Shown in pieces: positions 41,001-54,800 of a DNA stretch of 64,000 nt. Source of the stretch: Amoebophrya sp. A120 (Eukaryota > Protista > Dinoflagellata); assembly GCA_905178155.1 (NCBI GenBank), contig CAJINV010000014.1:62001-126000 (forward strand). The letters are read 5' to 3'. The translations under genes and the position numbers were made by a program. Numbering within the stretch: the stretch's first letter is position 1; each line of letters opens with the position of its first letter. The notes under the pieces were generated by a model. The model had not been told where the DNA came from. It did not search any database and worked only from the letters and a program-made list of their open reading frames with translations.

Positions 41001-44000
41001 GCGCTTTGTCATGCAGCTTTTCCATGGGCCATGAGGTCTGAAATGCAGGACCTAGCATGACAGACTCTGCGCGATCTCTCTCATGCCTATCCTGCATGAG
41101 AAACTCGCTTCCGACTTGGTCAAAACTGGACGACTTTTGGTAATCATGCAACACAGATTTTTGCATGCTTCAAATTTAGCATCACAAGTTGCATTCTTCC
41201 AGACCCAGACATTTTTACATTTGATAGAAGCATACCGGCACGCTGCGCGCTCAGGATCTCCAGCGCCTTTTCGTGGTGCCCGACCGTCACGTATCAAATG
41301 TAAAAATGTCTGGGTCTGGAAGAATGCAACTTGTGATGCTTCATTTGGATTCCAAAAAAATCTGCATTGCATGAGTACCAAAGGAAATGCAGTTTTTGCT
41401 ACACTGAGAAGGCATTATTTGTCATGCGGATTACGCATCAAGAAGCCCTCAAAAAATCTGTATTGCTAGGGTATGCATCACAGACATCATGGCTCATGCA
41501 AAACGTGCATGACAAGTGTCAGAGTCTTCCAGACCCAGACATTTTTACAGTTGATATCACGGCCGCCCCGTGGGGGACGTGGGTGTGCGCCGTGGCGGGA
41601 GGCGGAAGCAAGGCGAAGAATTGCCACTCCTCCACCCTTATTCTCTGCAAAAGTATCGAGTACTCCTACTCGTTATGAATGCATATACAAATTTTCTCAG
41701 CATGAGTAGAACTGGATTTTGTCATACTGTTTTACCTTAGGGACAAGATTTGTCATGCATAATTGCAATTACTACGAGTACGACACTTTTGCAATGCATA
41801 GCCCTCTTTCCTTCCAGCGGGCCGACCCCGTTCACGGTTCGGTCGTTCACCGGGTACCGGTTGTTCCAGAGCATGCAATATCCTGTGCAAATAAACTATC
41901 GCACTCGTATGGCAATCATGCATTTTTCTTGAGGTAGATCAGCATTACAAATTTTATTTCTCACGCTGAGGAAATTTGTATATGCATTTGTACTAGTACG
42001 ATAATTTTGCAATCCATTTCCATATGCAGCAGGTTTTATTTTGCATGTTCTCCCTCACCTATGACAGTGCACAAATACTCCCCCTCGTCTCCCTCATTTG
42101 TCATGCAAAAGAAACACACAAAAATCCACCGCCACCCTTTGCCTCTTGGCACTGTTTGCATGACAAGATGATCTGGTAGCCCAAATAGAAATAGGACTAC
42201 AACAATCCAGTCGCGCAAATTTGGCATGCAAAACCGGCACTCTTCCTGACGCTTGTATTTTTGCCGTTCGTGCCAACATACAAATGAGGGGGAGCAGGGA
42301 GAATTGTGCACTGTCGTATCACCCCGCCGCCGTTGTCTGGAGGTAGCAGGAGCGACAGGATGGTCTGGTTATGGAAGCGTCAGGTTTGAAATCGTCAAAG
42401 TTGAAATAATTTGTAATGCATAAAATCGATACCAGTTGGAAGCCCAATTTCCAAGCGGCGCATGACAAATTTCGCAACTGTCTACATCCCGTTTGTCATG
42501 CTGTTTGGGCACAGAAGACTGCTTTTGTCATGCTCCTTTAGCAGCTCTATCGCAAACCCTAAATAGGCTCACAATCTGCCTCACTTGCCATCCCGGCAAG
42601 ACAGGCACTTCATGCCTTGCATTTTATGCATGACAAATTATTTCAACTTTGTCGATTTCAAACCTGACGCTTCCATACTGGTTTGCGTGCGCGTAAGTGC
42701 GGTTTGCCAGCGGCACTTCGTCGTTGGCGATGTCGAACGGGCCCTTGTACACACTGAAAGCAGTGCAGCCGACCGTGGTGCGGCACCGGTCGGCGCAATC
42801 CTGGGGGTGGCCGCTGAACGAGTACTGCGAGTTGTCGCTCCCCAGCGCGGGGGAGTAGCTGCTGGGGCTCGCCGTGTACGCTTGTCCGTCGCACTTGCCA
42901 TACATGCCCCACAGGTCTGCGTCCTGCCACACATAGGGATTGGGGTCCTCCTATCAAATGTAAAAGTGTCTGGGTCTGGAAGATTCTGACACTTGGTTGG
43001 TTGGTTGGTTGGGTAGCGCCTGTCGCCGGTGCAGGTCCCGCCCTCCATCGATTGCGATCCGGAGTAGCCGGAACACAAGGCCCGAGTGGCACAATCGATC
43101 GACGAAGCCCTTTATGCACTTGTCATGCACGTTTTGCATGAGCCATAATGTCTGTGATGCATGCCCTAGCAATACAGATTTTCTGAGGGCTTCTTGATGC
43201 CTATTCCGCATGACAAATGCCTTCTCAGCGTAGCAAAAATTGCATTCCCTTTGGTACTCATGCAATACAGATTTTTTTGGAATCCAAACGCAGCATGACA
43301 GGTTGCATTCTTGCAGACCCAGACACTTTTACATTTGGTACCTCCGCGGACCACCTCCCCTGCAGGGCCCCGTACCCCCCGGAAAAGGTATGGGAGTGTC
43401 AGAATCGAAATTGACAAAATCGAAATAATTTGTCATGCATAAAATGGATTCCAGTTCGAACCCAGTTTCTAAGTGGCGCATGACAAATTCAGGTGGTGCC
43501 TAAATCCAGTTTGTAATGCTGTTTAGGCGAAGAAGACTGGTTCTCTCATGCTGCTTTAGCAGCTTGAGCTATAACCCCAAACAGGCTTACAATCGGCCTC
43601 ACTTGCCTGCTCTGCAACACACGCGTTTCGCGTCGTGCGTTTCATGCATCACAAATTTTTCGACTTTGTCAATTTCGATTCTGACACTTCCATAAAAGGT
43701 GTGCTGGTAGTACTCGATCGTACCGAGGTATCGCAAGAAAAAACTGCTTCACTGTGAACTTGTGATGCAGAAAATGGCACACAGAACTCTTTGTCTTGCT
43801 ACACCTGCATAGAGCATTGGATTTTATTCAACCGTGTTTTCCCCTGTGGGAAATGCGTGCATGACCACAAATTTTCAGTGTCATGTGTAGCAAACTTGTG
43901 ATGCAGATCTTGCAAAGTCATCACAGAAGTTGTGAAACATATTTTTTTGTGTGATACGAGGACGGTTTCCCGACAGGCTTCGTCCATCTCGGTGGAATGG

Positions 44001-47000
44001 TATCGTGAGGAAAAATCCCCCCTCCCCATATCAAAGCGGAAATCTGTGATGCAGATTTGCAGTCACAAATCAGCTTCGTCATGCTAGAAGGGAAAAGATG
44101 CGGACTGTAGTGCCGGGTGGCGTGGGGAAGCATTACATCTTCAGCATGACAGGAAGCAACTGGAAGTGGGAAACAGCATGACAAATTACCTGCAAACGAG
44201 GTCACAACTGCGGCTCTTGGCCTTCTAGCATTACAAGTCGATTTGTGTACCCAAATACAGCATCACAAATTTCGTGTTTGATATGGGGTGGGGGGATTTT
44301 TCCATTTGATAAATGGCAGCAGCCGTCTGTCGCGGTGTCCCAGTCTCCGGAGAGCAGCATGCAGCTGTCGTGTTTGATATGCAATATAAATTTCCTGTAC
44401 ATGTACAAAATGCATGACAGATTGCGCGGACTTGCAGTGACAGTGTCCAACTTGTCATGCTAGACTAGGATTGATGGCAAGTTTTGTCATGCAGTGACTG
44501 CATTTGTACCTCCTGTACGGGAAATTTACAGTGGATATTTGAGGCCGGACGTGTGCACAAAAACGAAGCCCGAACACTGGTGATTGTGGGCGCAGAAGCT
44601 CATGCATTCGTAGTAGGTGCGCAGCCCCGCCACGCGGTGGCCCTTGAAAAGCCCTCCGCTCATGATTCTCTGCTCGCTCCGCGGATGGTTTGTGTTCAGC
44701 TCCATAATGCAGTTATCGGACAGTTGCTTCTGTGCGTTCTTGAAAGGACTACGGGCCCGAAGATTGCTGGACAGGAGGCTCGCCATAATATTTTCTTGAT
44801 GTTGACCTTGCTGGCCTTGCAGCCTGTAGTTTTCACCACGACTTAATTGCGTGCTAGCGCGGCTAGTACGTCTGCTGTCCTCACGCGAGCCGGCGCCAAA
44901 ATTTTCATTTTCTCGTCCTGCTGCAGCGAGCGCAGCTTCTTCTGACGTAGTTCCTGCTTCGAGAACTAGCCCGGTCCCAGCGGACGAGCGGTCCGTGTCC
45001 ATCGTGCTTCTGGTCGCAGACGAGGTAGAAGATTTTACAGCTGAAGCCGCTCCAAAGTATCAAATGCAAAAATGTCTGGGTCTGGATCTGGAAGAATGCA
45101 CGATTTGTCATGCATATTTCTCATGACCCATGATGGCTGTTGCTGTAGTGCATGACCTAGCGTCGCAGACTTTTACTTAGAGGGCTTCCTGACACACCTT
45201 CCGCATGAGAAATGCCCTTTCCGTGTAGCACAAACAAGTGTGCCCCTCTTGCTGGTCATGCGATACAGCTTTTTTTAGAGTCCAAAAACAGCATGACAAG
45301 TTGCAATCTTCCAGAGCCAGACATTTTTGCAGTTGATACAGAGCGGCGTTGAGCAAGTTGATCCGCGGCAACTTCCTGCAGCAGCGATGTTGGCGCCGCC
45401 AGCACGCTCTGCAGGTCTTCAATTGAAGCTGCAGGAGATGACGAGGGCGTCGCTCTCTCTGCGTCGTCCCGAGGCGGCCGCGCCGCGGCTGCATAGTAAT
45501 CGCTCTCTGTAGAAGTGGTTTTTGTCTCCAAGTAGGGGTCCACCTCTAAAGTGGCAGCAGCAGCAGGGGGGGTCGCCGGGGTGAGTCCTACGTCCTGTGG
45601 TGGTCTGGTGTTCACCTTGTTTATGGGTGGACGAGGTGGCCCTGCTTCTGGTCGTGAGGCGGAAAAATCATCTCTATGAAAAGGAAAAGCCCCCCCTCCC
45701 TACATCAAAACGACGCCACTTCTGACGCTGGAGAGGACTGGCTGCAGACGACCCACGTCAAGCCTGAGTAGAGAAGCTCTGGCCTAGGCGCTTAGCATGA
45801 AAAACGTCCGCGCTGTAGGCCCAACAGCATGACAAACCGCGCGCATAATGCGGCGGAGCCCGTGGAGTTGCCTCCTTGCATAGACAGACGCGACTTGCGG
45901 TCACAAATTAGCATTTTACAAATTTTCTGAGACGTACCTCTTCGATATGGGGAGGGGGGATTTTCCCTTACGATAACCTGTAGAGATACTTCTGGACTCG
46001 TCTCGGCGTCTAATACCTTCCATTTCGATTTCATCACTCCGGGTCGCATGCCTGGCTCCAGTAGGTGGCCCACTTGCAGCAGAAGTGGCAGGAGCACCAG
46101 TTGGACTACCTGCAGTCGTCGTTCTCATCTTCACTTCAAGAACTTCTTTCGTTCCTACTTTTATCTCCCGGTCCTTCACCTTCTATCCTGAGTAAAAACG
46201 TACCCACGCCAGAGTTGTAATGCAAATCTGCATGCTGAAAATGTTTCTCATGCGGAGCTCCATGAGAAGCATTTTCTAGTCGTGTTTTGCAATTTGTCAT
46301 GCTCCAATCAGCATGGTGCGCTAGATCTGTGATGCTGCTGAGCTAGCTCAAACAGCACTACACTACGAATCCAAATTTGTCATGCAAAACGGCCAAAACT
46401 TGTGGATTTGTCTAGCCGATTCCCCATCTTGACTCTGGTGTGGGTACGTTTTTACTCAGGATACCTTCCGTCGGTTCCTTATCTCCCGTTTCCGCCGCTT
46501 TTTTTTCATCTGCGCGAGGGGGGCGAAAACGGAGCTGGGCAAGATTGTGGTCGCACGCAGTGTATGAACTGCAAATAAAGTATCGCACTCGTATATATAA
46601 ATGCACTACAAATTTCCTCAGCATGAGAGATAAAATTTGCCATGCGGATTTACCTTAACAAAAAGGCTTGTAGTGTAAGACTTGCATTCATACGAGTGCG
46701 ATACTTTTGCACAGGATACAGTGCGTGGTCGTAGTTCGGACCCCCAGGACTTGTTGCTCCGCCATCTTTATGAATTACAAAAGTATCGCACTCGTATATA
46801 TAAATGCATTACAAATTCCTATTCCCCCAGCATGAAAAATAAAACTTGTAAATGCGGACTTACCTTAAGAAAAGGAAAAGGATTCGCAACGCAAGACTTG
46901 CATTTATACGAGTGCGATACTTTTGCACAGGATAATCTTTAGGCAAGGCGACATGAAAGCCCTCAACTTCCAGTAGTGGTCCCCGCGGCGAGGGCGATAT

Positions 47001-47595
47001 CATCCAGGAAAAAACATCCATGCCAACCCAATCCATTTTCTTGAGCGACATCATCACCATCATCATCATCATCATCATGAGCGGATCGGCTCTGCCGACC
47101 GGGTAAGAACCCAACGCCTCGCATACAAATGACCTCCGACTTTTTGCTTCAACAGACAACTTGAATGATACAGACAGCGTAAAGATTCTTCTTTTTGTCA
47201 ACAACTACCGTTACCGACAACAGCTGTCGGTACATTTGAATTTGTCACCAACTAGAATCTCTAGCTGTTTGAACGACGCCTTCGCATACAAATGACACCA
47301 AACATCTACATCGGACTTTGACTTTGTGCAACATATTTTGCATGCCAAATTGGATCATGACGAATCATTCTGTTTTCCCCTAGATAGACGACGTGTGAAG
47401 TAGAAAAAACGCAACGTCATGTACTAACAAGACCAGACCACAAAGCGCGGGGGCGGCCCGGCGGCACGAAGACCCGAGCAGAGATGTTGACAGGTGATGA
47501 TGAAGCTGCGCACGCACCATCAGGACACAGGGACTGGTCCTCGAGGAGACGGAGACGAAATCGCAAAATGAAGACGCGCCGCGCTTGTGGTTCAT
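26083..47595 (-). CDS. Gene B: complete giant secreted Cys-rich adhesin-like protein (about 2,180 codons; PAN/Apple, discoidin/F-lectin-like and GACC repeat modules), 49 introner introns
   Basis: ATG 47595, hydrophobic ALCGLVLLVHDVAFFLL, then EGFHVALP (shared with gene D N-terminus). More than 30 junctions translated in frame. Ends GGIDELECYR...HAADNSD* (TGA at 26083). Span minus 49 elements and 49 repeat copies is 6540 nt, divisible by 3. Modules: GLRTYYECMSFCAHNHQCSGF, DCADRCRTTVGCTAF, FWRMEF/WWRIEF...ICGFH, ECAALCDAFDECVGF. Confidence 0.9.
31325..32174 (-). mobile_element. Non-autonomous Helitron, copy 2 (inside a family A introner)
   Basis: Same termini and internal satellite as copy 1. 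The host introner sequence rejoins without duplication. Confidence 0.82.
33150..34333. mobile_element. GC-rich insertion flanked by about 72-bp direct repeats, inside an introner
   Basis: CTTCCCCATCCAATTTGTCATGCGAAG...GTGGAGCTTT at 33078-33149 and 34334-34408. Internal repeat GGCCCGGGCCTGCAGAAGG. Confidence 0.75.
35448..35702. mobile_element. Introner family L (single copy)
   Basis: TATGGCTTGCTCAGATGTTACAATCTCAAACGTTACAATAGA and its inverted counterpart; repeat CGACA. Confidence 0.85.
42995..43115 (-). mobile_element. Short retroposon-like insert with (AACC)n tail inside a family A introner
   Basis: CACTTG|GTTGGTTGGTTGGTT...CTTTATG|CACTTG; 6-bp duplication and microsatellite at one end. Confidence 0.55.
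44378..44537. mobile_element. Introner family P (single copy)
   Basis: TATGCAATATAAATTTCCTGTACA...TGTACGGGAAATTTACAGTGGATA; repeat TTTGA. It interrupts the PAN module between FVFVHTSGLK and DSCML (paralog SGLQYDSCML). Confidence 0.85.
46184..46463. mobile_element. Introner family D (TIR TATCCTGAGTAAAAACGTACCCACGCCAGAGT), about 280 bp, 7 copies
   Basis: Repeat CCTTC. Others: 5777-6056, 36809-37087, 38334-38682, 50187-50474, 54795-55073, 60685-61208. Confidence 0.92.
46563..46718. mobile_element. Introner family I (TIR TATCCTGTGCAAAAGTATCGCACTCGTA), about 150 bp, 13 copies
   Basis: Repeat CAGTG. Others: 11585-11740 (upstream of gene D ATG), 26478-26666, 27813-27956, 32350-32510, 40116-40272, 40354-40501, 41639-41800, 41879-42024, 46769-46934, 52516-52764, 52996-53158, 61970-62325. 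Confidence 0.92.
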
Positions 47596-48886
47596 CCGCC
47601 CCGGGGGCCGTGCAATTGTTCACTATCATACGTCGTAAAAACGTACGACCTAGCTCTTGTCCTGCGAATCTGCATGTCTATGCGCTTGACCCCCATGCAT
47701 AGAAACAAATGAGCATCACCTTCTTTCCCTAAAATTGTGTGGAAATTTATGTTGGTGCTCGGACGATCAGGATAGAAATTATTATAAATCGACTTGTTCT
47801 CCTTCTCCTGAGGCGACCGAACTAGCTAGCCATGCTCGAAAAAGAACTTATTCCGAAGAAAGGCAACAAGTCCGCATCGGGAACACATGCTCTTGATCCA
47901 CGACGAGGTGCTATCCTCTGAATAACCACACAAACATACTTCTTCACAAAAAATTCAAATTTTGTTTTGCCTTTAAAAAGTTGTGTAAATTTATTTTTCG
48001 AATTGATCAAAAAAAAAACGGTCCTCGTTTCTCAGTCACAATTGGGCTCCACTTATTAAGCACGCTTGCGCCCAACGAGAACGACTTCTCAAATCCAATA
48101 AAAAAAGAATATCTCAAATCCAGAATATCTTCTCAAATCAGAAGACATTTCACTAAAAAAAAAACTCAACTTCTATTTTGGACAACAGGAAAAATAACTG
48201 CTGCTCTAGCTCTATTCTAGCTCCACTAGGGGAAAAAATAAGCGGGACTCTGAGCAAAAGCAGACAGAGCTTTTTGAAAAGAGACCCTCATATCTATTTT
48301 ACTGCTGCAAAATTTAACAAAGTTTAGCAGTGCGACTACTTTCTTTGAAATAAAAAATGTACATGAAGTCCATGATAGCGACAAACTCTTCATTTTGGCG
48401 GGTACAAGAATTTCGAGCTGCGAAGGTTTTTTTTCCTCGCAGCTTCTGGATGTTCTGTATAAAACGATAATAAGTCACTTATTTATTTTGCAACAATTCC
48501 TCTTCTCGGAAGACCAGCTGGGTGGGTAGAGTTGCTTCGGCGAGGACACAGATGTTGAAGTTGTAGCCGAAGTTCTTAATCTATTCGGCAAGATCTTGCG
48601 CCAGGCTAAGGCTTTTAAGTAAAATTTCAATTTATTTGAAAAAAAATATCATAGAGGCGCCTGTCATTCTTAAGTCAAAATATCCCTGCTGTTGAAGCTG
48701 ACCGCGGTGTCATGCGAATAAATCTGGAAGCAAGAACAATGTGTGGTCTCTTGCTTCTGTTGGTGAAGATGCCACGCCAATCATTTTGTTCACTAGCTAG
48801 TCCGTAACAACTACCTTCTCGTTCTAGCTGTGTACACTGAAGATAGTCCGGAGTTCCACCTCAATGACCACGACATCAGTGGCCAC

Positions 48887-51800
48887 CTATGTTGATTGCG
48901 AAGCCGCTGTGCTGGCCGTGTCAATGGTGACCCCCTCTTCGTGGTGGCCGTGCCGACTGTCGTCTCGGTAGCACTCCATGTCAATGATTCCACCCGTGAA
49001 GGAGCCGGAAACTTTATCACAAGGAAAAATCCCCCCTCCCAATATTGACAAGGCACGTAGTTGTCGAAAATTTGCGCTGCTGATTTGTGACCACAAATCG
49101 TCTCTGTGTTGCTGTTGCACGAAGGCAACTCCACAGGCTCCGCCGCATTCTGCAGGCGGTTTGTCATGCTGTTGCACCTACAGCGTAGACGTCTGTTATG
49201 CAAAGCGCCAAGGCCAAAACCTGTCTCCTCAGGCTTAGTATGGGTCTGCAGTCCTCGCCAGCAGGACAAATCTGATTTGTGTACGCATATCCAGCATCAG
49301 AAACTTCGTTTTGATATGGGGAGGGGGAATTTTTCATTCTGATAAACTTCGTTGTAGGGCCGGTCCTGCGGGTCACCCCCTTCTTCGTCGTTTTTCACGC
49401 GCCGGTCGAGCAGATAGTACTCGGTACCTTGGTGGTAGGGGTCCTCCACTTGGTGATCGCTGTGTGGCCCCACTACGTTCGGCCCCACATCTATGGATGT
49501 GTCAGAGTTGAAATCGACAAAGTTGAAACAATTTGCCATGCATAAAATGGATGCCAGTTGGAACCCAGTTTCCAAGTGCCGCATGACATAAATTTCGGCG
49601 GTCCCTAAATCCAGTTTGTCATGCTGTTTAGCCGAAGAGGAGCGATTTTCTCATGCTACTTTAGCAGCTCGAGCTGTAACCCCAAACAGGCTCACAGTCG
49701 GCCTCACTTGCCTGCTCTGCAACGCACGTGCCTCGGGTCATGCATTTTATGCATGACAAATTATTTCAACTTTGACAATTTCAATCCTGACGCTTCCATA
49801 ACATCGGAGTCGATCTCGATCCCAATCAGAGTACAGGTCGCGCCAGCTGAGAAAATGTGCTCGCCGACTGTGTTGTATGAAATGCAAATATGTCTGGGTC
49901 TGGAAGGATGCAAGGTTTGTCATGCACATTTTGCATGACTCCTGGTGTCTGCGATGCATGCCCTAGCATCATAGATCTTGCGAGGGCTTTCTGATGCCTA
50001 TACCGCATGAGAAATACCCTCTCGCCGTACCCAAAGCCACCCCCTCTTTTGCTGTTCATGCAATACAGATTTTTGGATAAAAATGCAGACGCAGCATCAC
50101 AAGTTGCATTCTTCCAGACCCAGACATTTTTACATTTGATATGTTGCCATCCGTGACGATGTACTTCTCAAACCCGACGCATTTCGTATTCTGTGTAAAA
50201 ACACACCCACCCCAGAGTTGTCATGCAAATCTGCATGCCAAAAAAGTTTCTCAGGCGAAGCCCCATGCGAAGGCTTTTTCAGTCGTGTTTTGGGATTTGT
50301 GATGCTAGAAATAGCATGACTCGATAGCTCTGCAATGCTGCTGAACTAGCTGAACAGGATTACACTACGGGGACGAACTTGTCATGCGAAACAGCCAAAG
50401 TTGGCTGATTTGTCTAGCAGATTTCCCATCTTGTAGTTGACTCTGGTAATATGGGGACGCTTTTACTCAGGATATTTCGGAAAGGAGTCGCAAAGTGCGA
50501 CGCAATGGCCGGCGACGAAGTCGGCTTTTTCGTCCACGTCGACAGCAAAGGTGGCGACGGGCCACGGAGCGTAGCCCCCCGCAGGTGGCACACACACACC
50601 CTCCCCGACTCGCACATAGGAATTGGGAACAATATCCAAGGAAAAAAGTGTTACAGTTTTTACACATTTATGTAGGGAATTCAGCATCACAAATTTGTAT
50701 TTGCCTCGCATGATATATAATGCAGAGATTGCATATACTACTAGGCAAAACACAGCACACGAAACGGGACCACTCGCAAGCGTTTTGCGAATGACAGAGG
50801 CCGACTGTCTTGCGTGTTTTGCAACACAGTGTGTAAGAACAGTAGCACTTTTTTCTTTGAATAAACAATAACACACTCGTAGTAAGGCGCCTCGTCGACA
50901 GCCTCCGCTGTCAGCGACGGGTTAAAGGCTTCAGGTATGCAAGAAAAAAACTGTGTAAGTGTAAACTTGTGATGCAGAACATGCAACAGAGTTACACCTG
51001 TCATGCCAGACAGCCACGAAGTCCTCTATTCGTGTGCGTTTTCCCTTACAAGTCACGCATGACAGGTTTTCTCTGTCATGTAGAGCAAATTTGTGATGCT
51101 GTCAACCAAAGAAAGTTACACTAACACAGTTTTTTTCCTGGATATCAGGGGGCACCTTGTTACAAGCGGCCCCGTCCGTTCTCACGTTCTTCATGCAGCA
51201 GGCACCTCGGTGTCGGTAGTCAATTGCATTATCAAATAAGAAAAACAGTTCGCCACGATCACTCATGCGCATTTTTGCATATACAAAATTGTTTGTCATG
51301 CGTAAGAATGCATCACAGCCAAACTTCATATAGGGATTTATTCCCTAGTGTTTCTGCAATACACGGAAAGTTTGTGGTGTTGAGAAAATTTTTTGTAATG
51401 CAAAACCTGCGAATTAGTGACTGCGACAAACTTTTTTCTCTCCATATGCATCGCAATGACTGCAATAACCTCGGTCCGGGCAAACGTCTGTACATTCATG
51501 CTGCCTCGGCCCGCAGTTACTACACACCGGCACAACCTTATCGAAGTGTTCCTCGGCAAGGGGGGGCGTGTAGGACGCTACTTCTTCGAACAACCAGAAG
51601 CCGGCCATCGACAGGCCGTTCCTTCCGGTAAGACCTCTCCGACGATGCCTCCTCCTGTCATTATAGGCTTTCAAATCCGGATCGTCTTTTACGATTCTGA
51701 TCTTCGTAACTTCTTTCTTGTCCCGCGGGATCGGGTGCCACGTTCCGTATGCGCTGATGTCGGCTGCCAGTTTAAACGCGGGCGAGCTATCGGTTTCGTC

Positions 51801-54800
51801 CCCGTTGAGGTATACGTCTGACAATTGCACCGATGTCTCAATGCCGTCACCAGAGCGGCAGGCTCGAACGAAGATCACGAATCCGGTCACGTTCCTCGGG
51901 TTTCCGTCTCGGAATGCGATTTCCCACCACTGCGCCGACTTTTCGAAAGAGGAGAACCAGCATTGATCGCAATAACCAGGGTTACCCCAGTAGCTCTCAA
52001 AACCCTGGTTGCAGCAGGCTTCCCCGGTCTGGAGGCCGAGGCCCGTGAACTCGTTTGGATATCAAAACGAAAAATCCCGCCCCCTCCCCATATCAAAACG
52101 AAGCTTCTGACGCTGGCTTTGCGCACACAAATCAGATTTGTGCTGCTGGAGAGGACTGCAGGCGCATACTATGCCTGAGTAGAGAGGTTGCGGCCTAGGC
52201 GCTTAGCATGAAAAACGTCCGCGCTGTAGGCCCAACAGCGTGACAAACCGCCAACATAGTGCGGCGGAGCCTGTGGAGTTGCCTGGTTGCAAGACAGATT
52301 TGATTTGTGGCCACAAATCAGCAACACAAATTTTCGAAAACGAATCTCGTCATTCAATATGGGGAGGTGGGATTTTTCCTCGCGATATTGGAAACTTTCG
52401 CTTCAGAGGCCAATCCGGGTAGTACTCCCAACACGCCTTCCACTGCCACCAGCCCTTCCCCGTGCGTCGGCGACGACGATTCCACCAGCGACGACGATTA
52501 TGCCATTGACAGTGCTATGCATTGCAAAAGTATCGCACGACTCGTAATAATTATCGTATCCGTAGGCATGCGCATGCACTCTAAATAAAGTCCTATTTAA
52601 CGTAGATCCGCATTTGGTGCACAAGTTGCATTTTTTATGGCATCGGAAATACAAATTTATTTTCGTACGATTTATACGTTATAAGAACGTATAAATCGTA
52701 TGAAAATGACTTTCCGACTTATACTAAGAAAGTACGATACTTGAACTTGTTTTGCAAATGCATAAGGTCTTCCCGCCGGTGTTTACTATGTCTCCTGAGG
52801 ATGAGTACGTCAGCCCCTTCAGTTGCCAGGTGCTCTTCGCCTTCACAGCGAAGGTTTTGCCTCCGCTCGCGTCGGTGGGATCTATGAACCGGCCTATGAT
52901 GCCAGTCGGCTGCGGTGCAAACCTGCTCATGCTCCGCCCCTCTCGTGTCGCGGTCGTCCGATGCACTAGAGTTCTCGCTGACGTCGCGGCTGCGCTACCC
53001 TGTGCAAAAGTATCGCAGTCGTATTGCAGTCATGCATATACAAATCTTTTTTTAAGGTCAATCCGCATATACAAATTTCTCATGCTGAGGTGGAAATTTG
53101 TAATTGTAAATGCATTTATTTTTATACGAGTGCGATATAATTACTTCTGCAATTCATATGCGCCGCTCGTTGATCGCGACGCTGCCGATGCCGAGTTTCG
53201 TCGTTGTTGCAGCTCCACGAGACTATGAAGAGGAAACGCCAACGCCCCCCTCCAAATACTACTCAAGGTGAACTACAACTTCTGATGCTCTGACTTGGGG
53301 CCACAGATCAGCAGCTTTGTCTTGATGCAGAAACGGACTGGAGCAGGTGATGTATGCTACGTCTGTTTAGCTTCGTCCTACTCCTAGATCAACACTACAA
53401 GCCGTTCAACAAGATATAGCTAGACGCTGCTACTGTAGCGAGGCTCGCACGCACGTGCTGCATATTGCCTGTCCAGTGCTTCCTTTCGCTCTTGTAGCCT
53501 CTGCCTCCCACTTGCATTCTACATAAATCAGGAACAGAAATTTTCCTTAACTTACGGGGCGTTTTCGATATTATGGGGACGTTTTCCTCGCCGTAGGAAC
53601 GGCCCGCCGCGCGCGCGCTTGTCGTGTCCCGCGAGAAAACAGCCAAAGACGTAGACGATGAGATATCAATCGCAAACGTGTAGTGCTCTCGGTCTGGTGG
53701 AAGGCTGCAACTTGTCATGCTAAGTCAACATCTGGATCGTGCAAAATAAAATCTGTGATGGTGCATGACTACCAACAGCTGGTATAATCCACTTGTGGCC
53801 AAGTTCTTGAGAGGGAGCTTCACACGCAAGATTGGCTCGGTAGAGACCTCACAGAATGTTGTGTCACGCTAGGTCGTCCTGCTCGCCAGACCTGATGTGT
53901 CATGGAAAATCTGCATGACATCAAACTTTGCACTCTACTTCCAGACCCAGACACTATATTTGCAGTTCTTGATACGAGACAGAGAGCGCTGATTTTCTTG
54001 TCGACAACATTGCGCCCGAACGATCTCGGTGCGCCATGCGCCGGTGGTCCTCCGCAGCTACCTTCTGCATCTGCTGTCTCTCCTGGTCTTCTTGCAGCAA
54101 CAGGAGCGGCGCAGAAGTCGTTACAGTTGTAATCGTACTAGCGTCGGGGCTACCAGGATGAAGAAGTTGACGTGGAATCACGCACACAGCGTAGTCTTCA
54201 GATGCGCCGAAAAACCGTTCAGCGGGCGCGCTTTTGCACTCGCCTTTGGACGAATTGGGGTCGTTTATTTTGCAACAAGCACCATAGTACGGGTTGCCTG
54301 TCTCTTCGTTAGGTTCTTTGGAGTTACATCCTTGACACCAGCCTTCTTTTGTGTACTCTTTTGCTACGTCGTCATAAGTATTGCAGGAATGCGGGCACTC
54401 CATCTGCCGTGGGCCCATTCTATCGTGTGGACCAAGCTGGGCTGCTTGAAGACTTCCAGGCGCATCACCACCTGTGTTCAGGACGCAGTGGTGGTATCCG
54501 AGAAGCTCGCCGTGGCCGTCCCTCTGAAAATGGCTTAGCGGAATCTGCTTGCACTCCGGCGGGTCATCTAAGTCGTCGGCTTTACAGCACGCCCCGGTGG
54601 CGGAGCCGTCCGCAGCATCGCACCCGGTACAAGTCCCCTTGCTGCCCCCGCACATCACCAGACACTGCTGCAGCTGTGGCCCACAGCTTTTATTCGTGCC
54701 GGGGTCGTGGCACCGCGGAACCGCCCCAGAACGCAGAAACACGGCACCGCCGCCGTAAGTTTCGTCGACATCCGAGTACGTCTGGTCGGCGTCCTATCCT

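Noticed and set aside
26083-47595. Gene B as a pseudogene destroyed by MITEs
   Set aside because: Reassembled exons show no stops or frameshifts at the junctions checked and conserve Cys/Trp patterns with paralogs.
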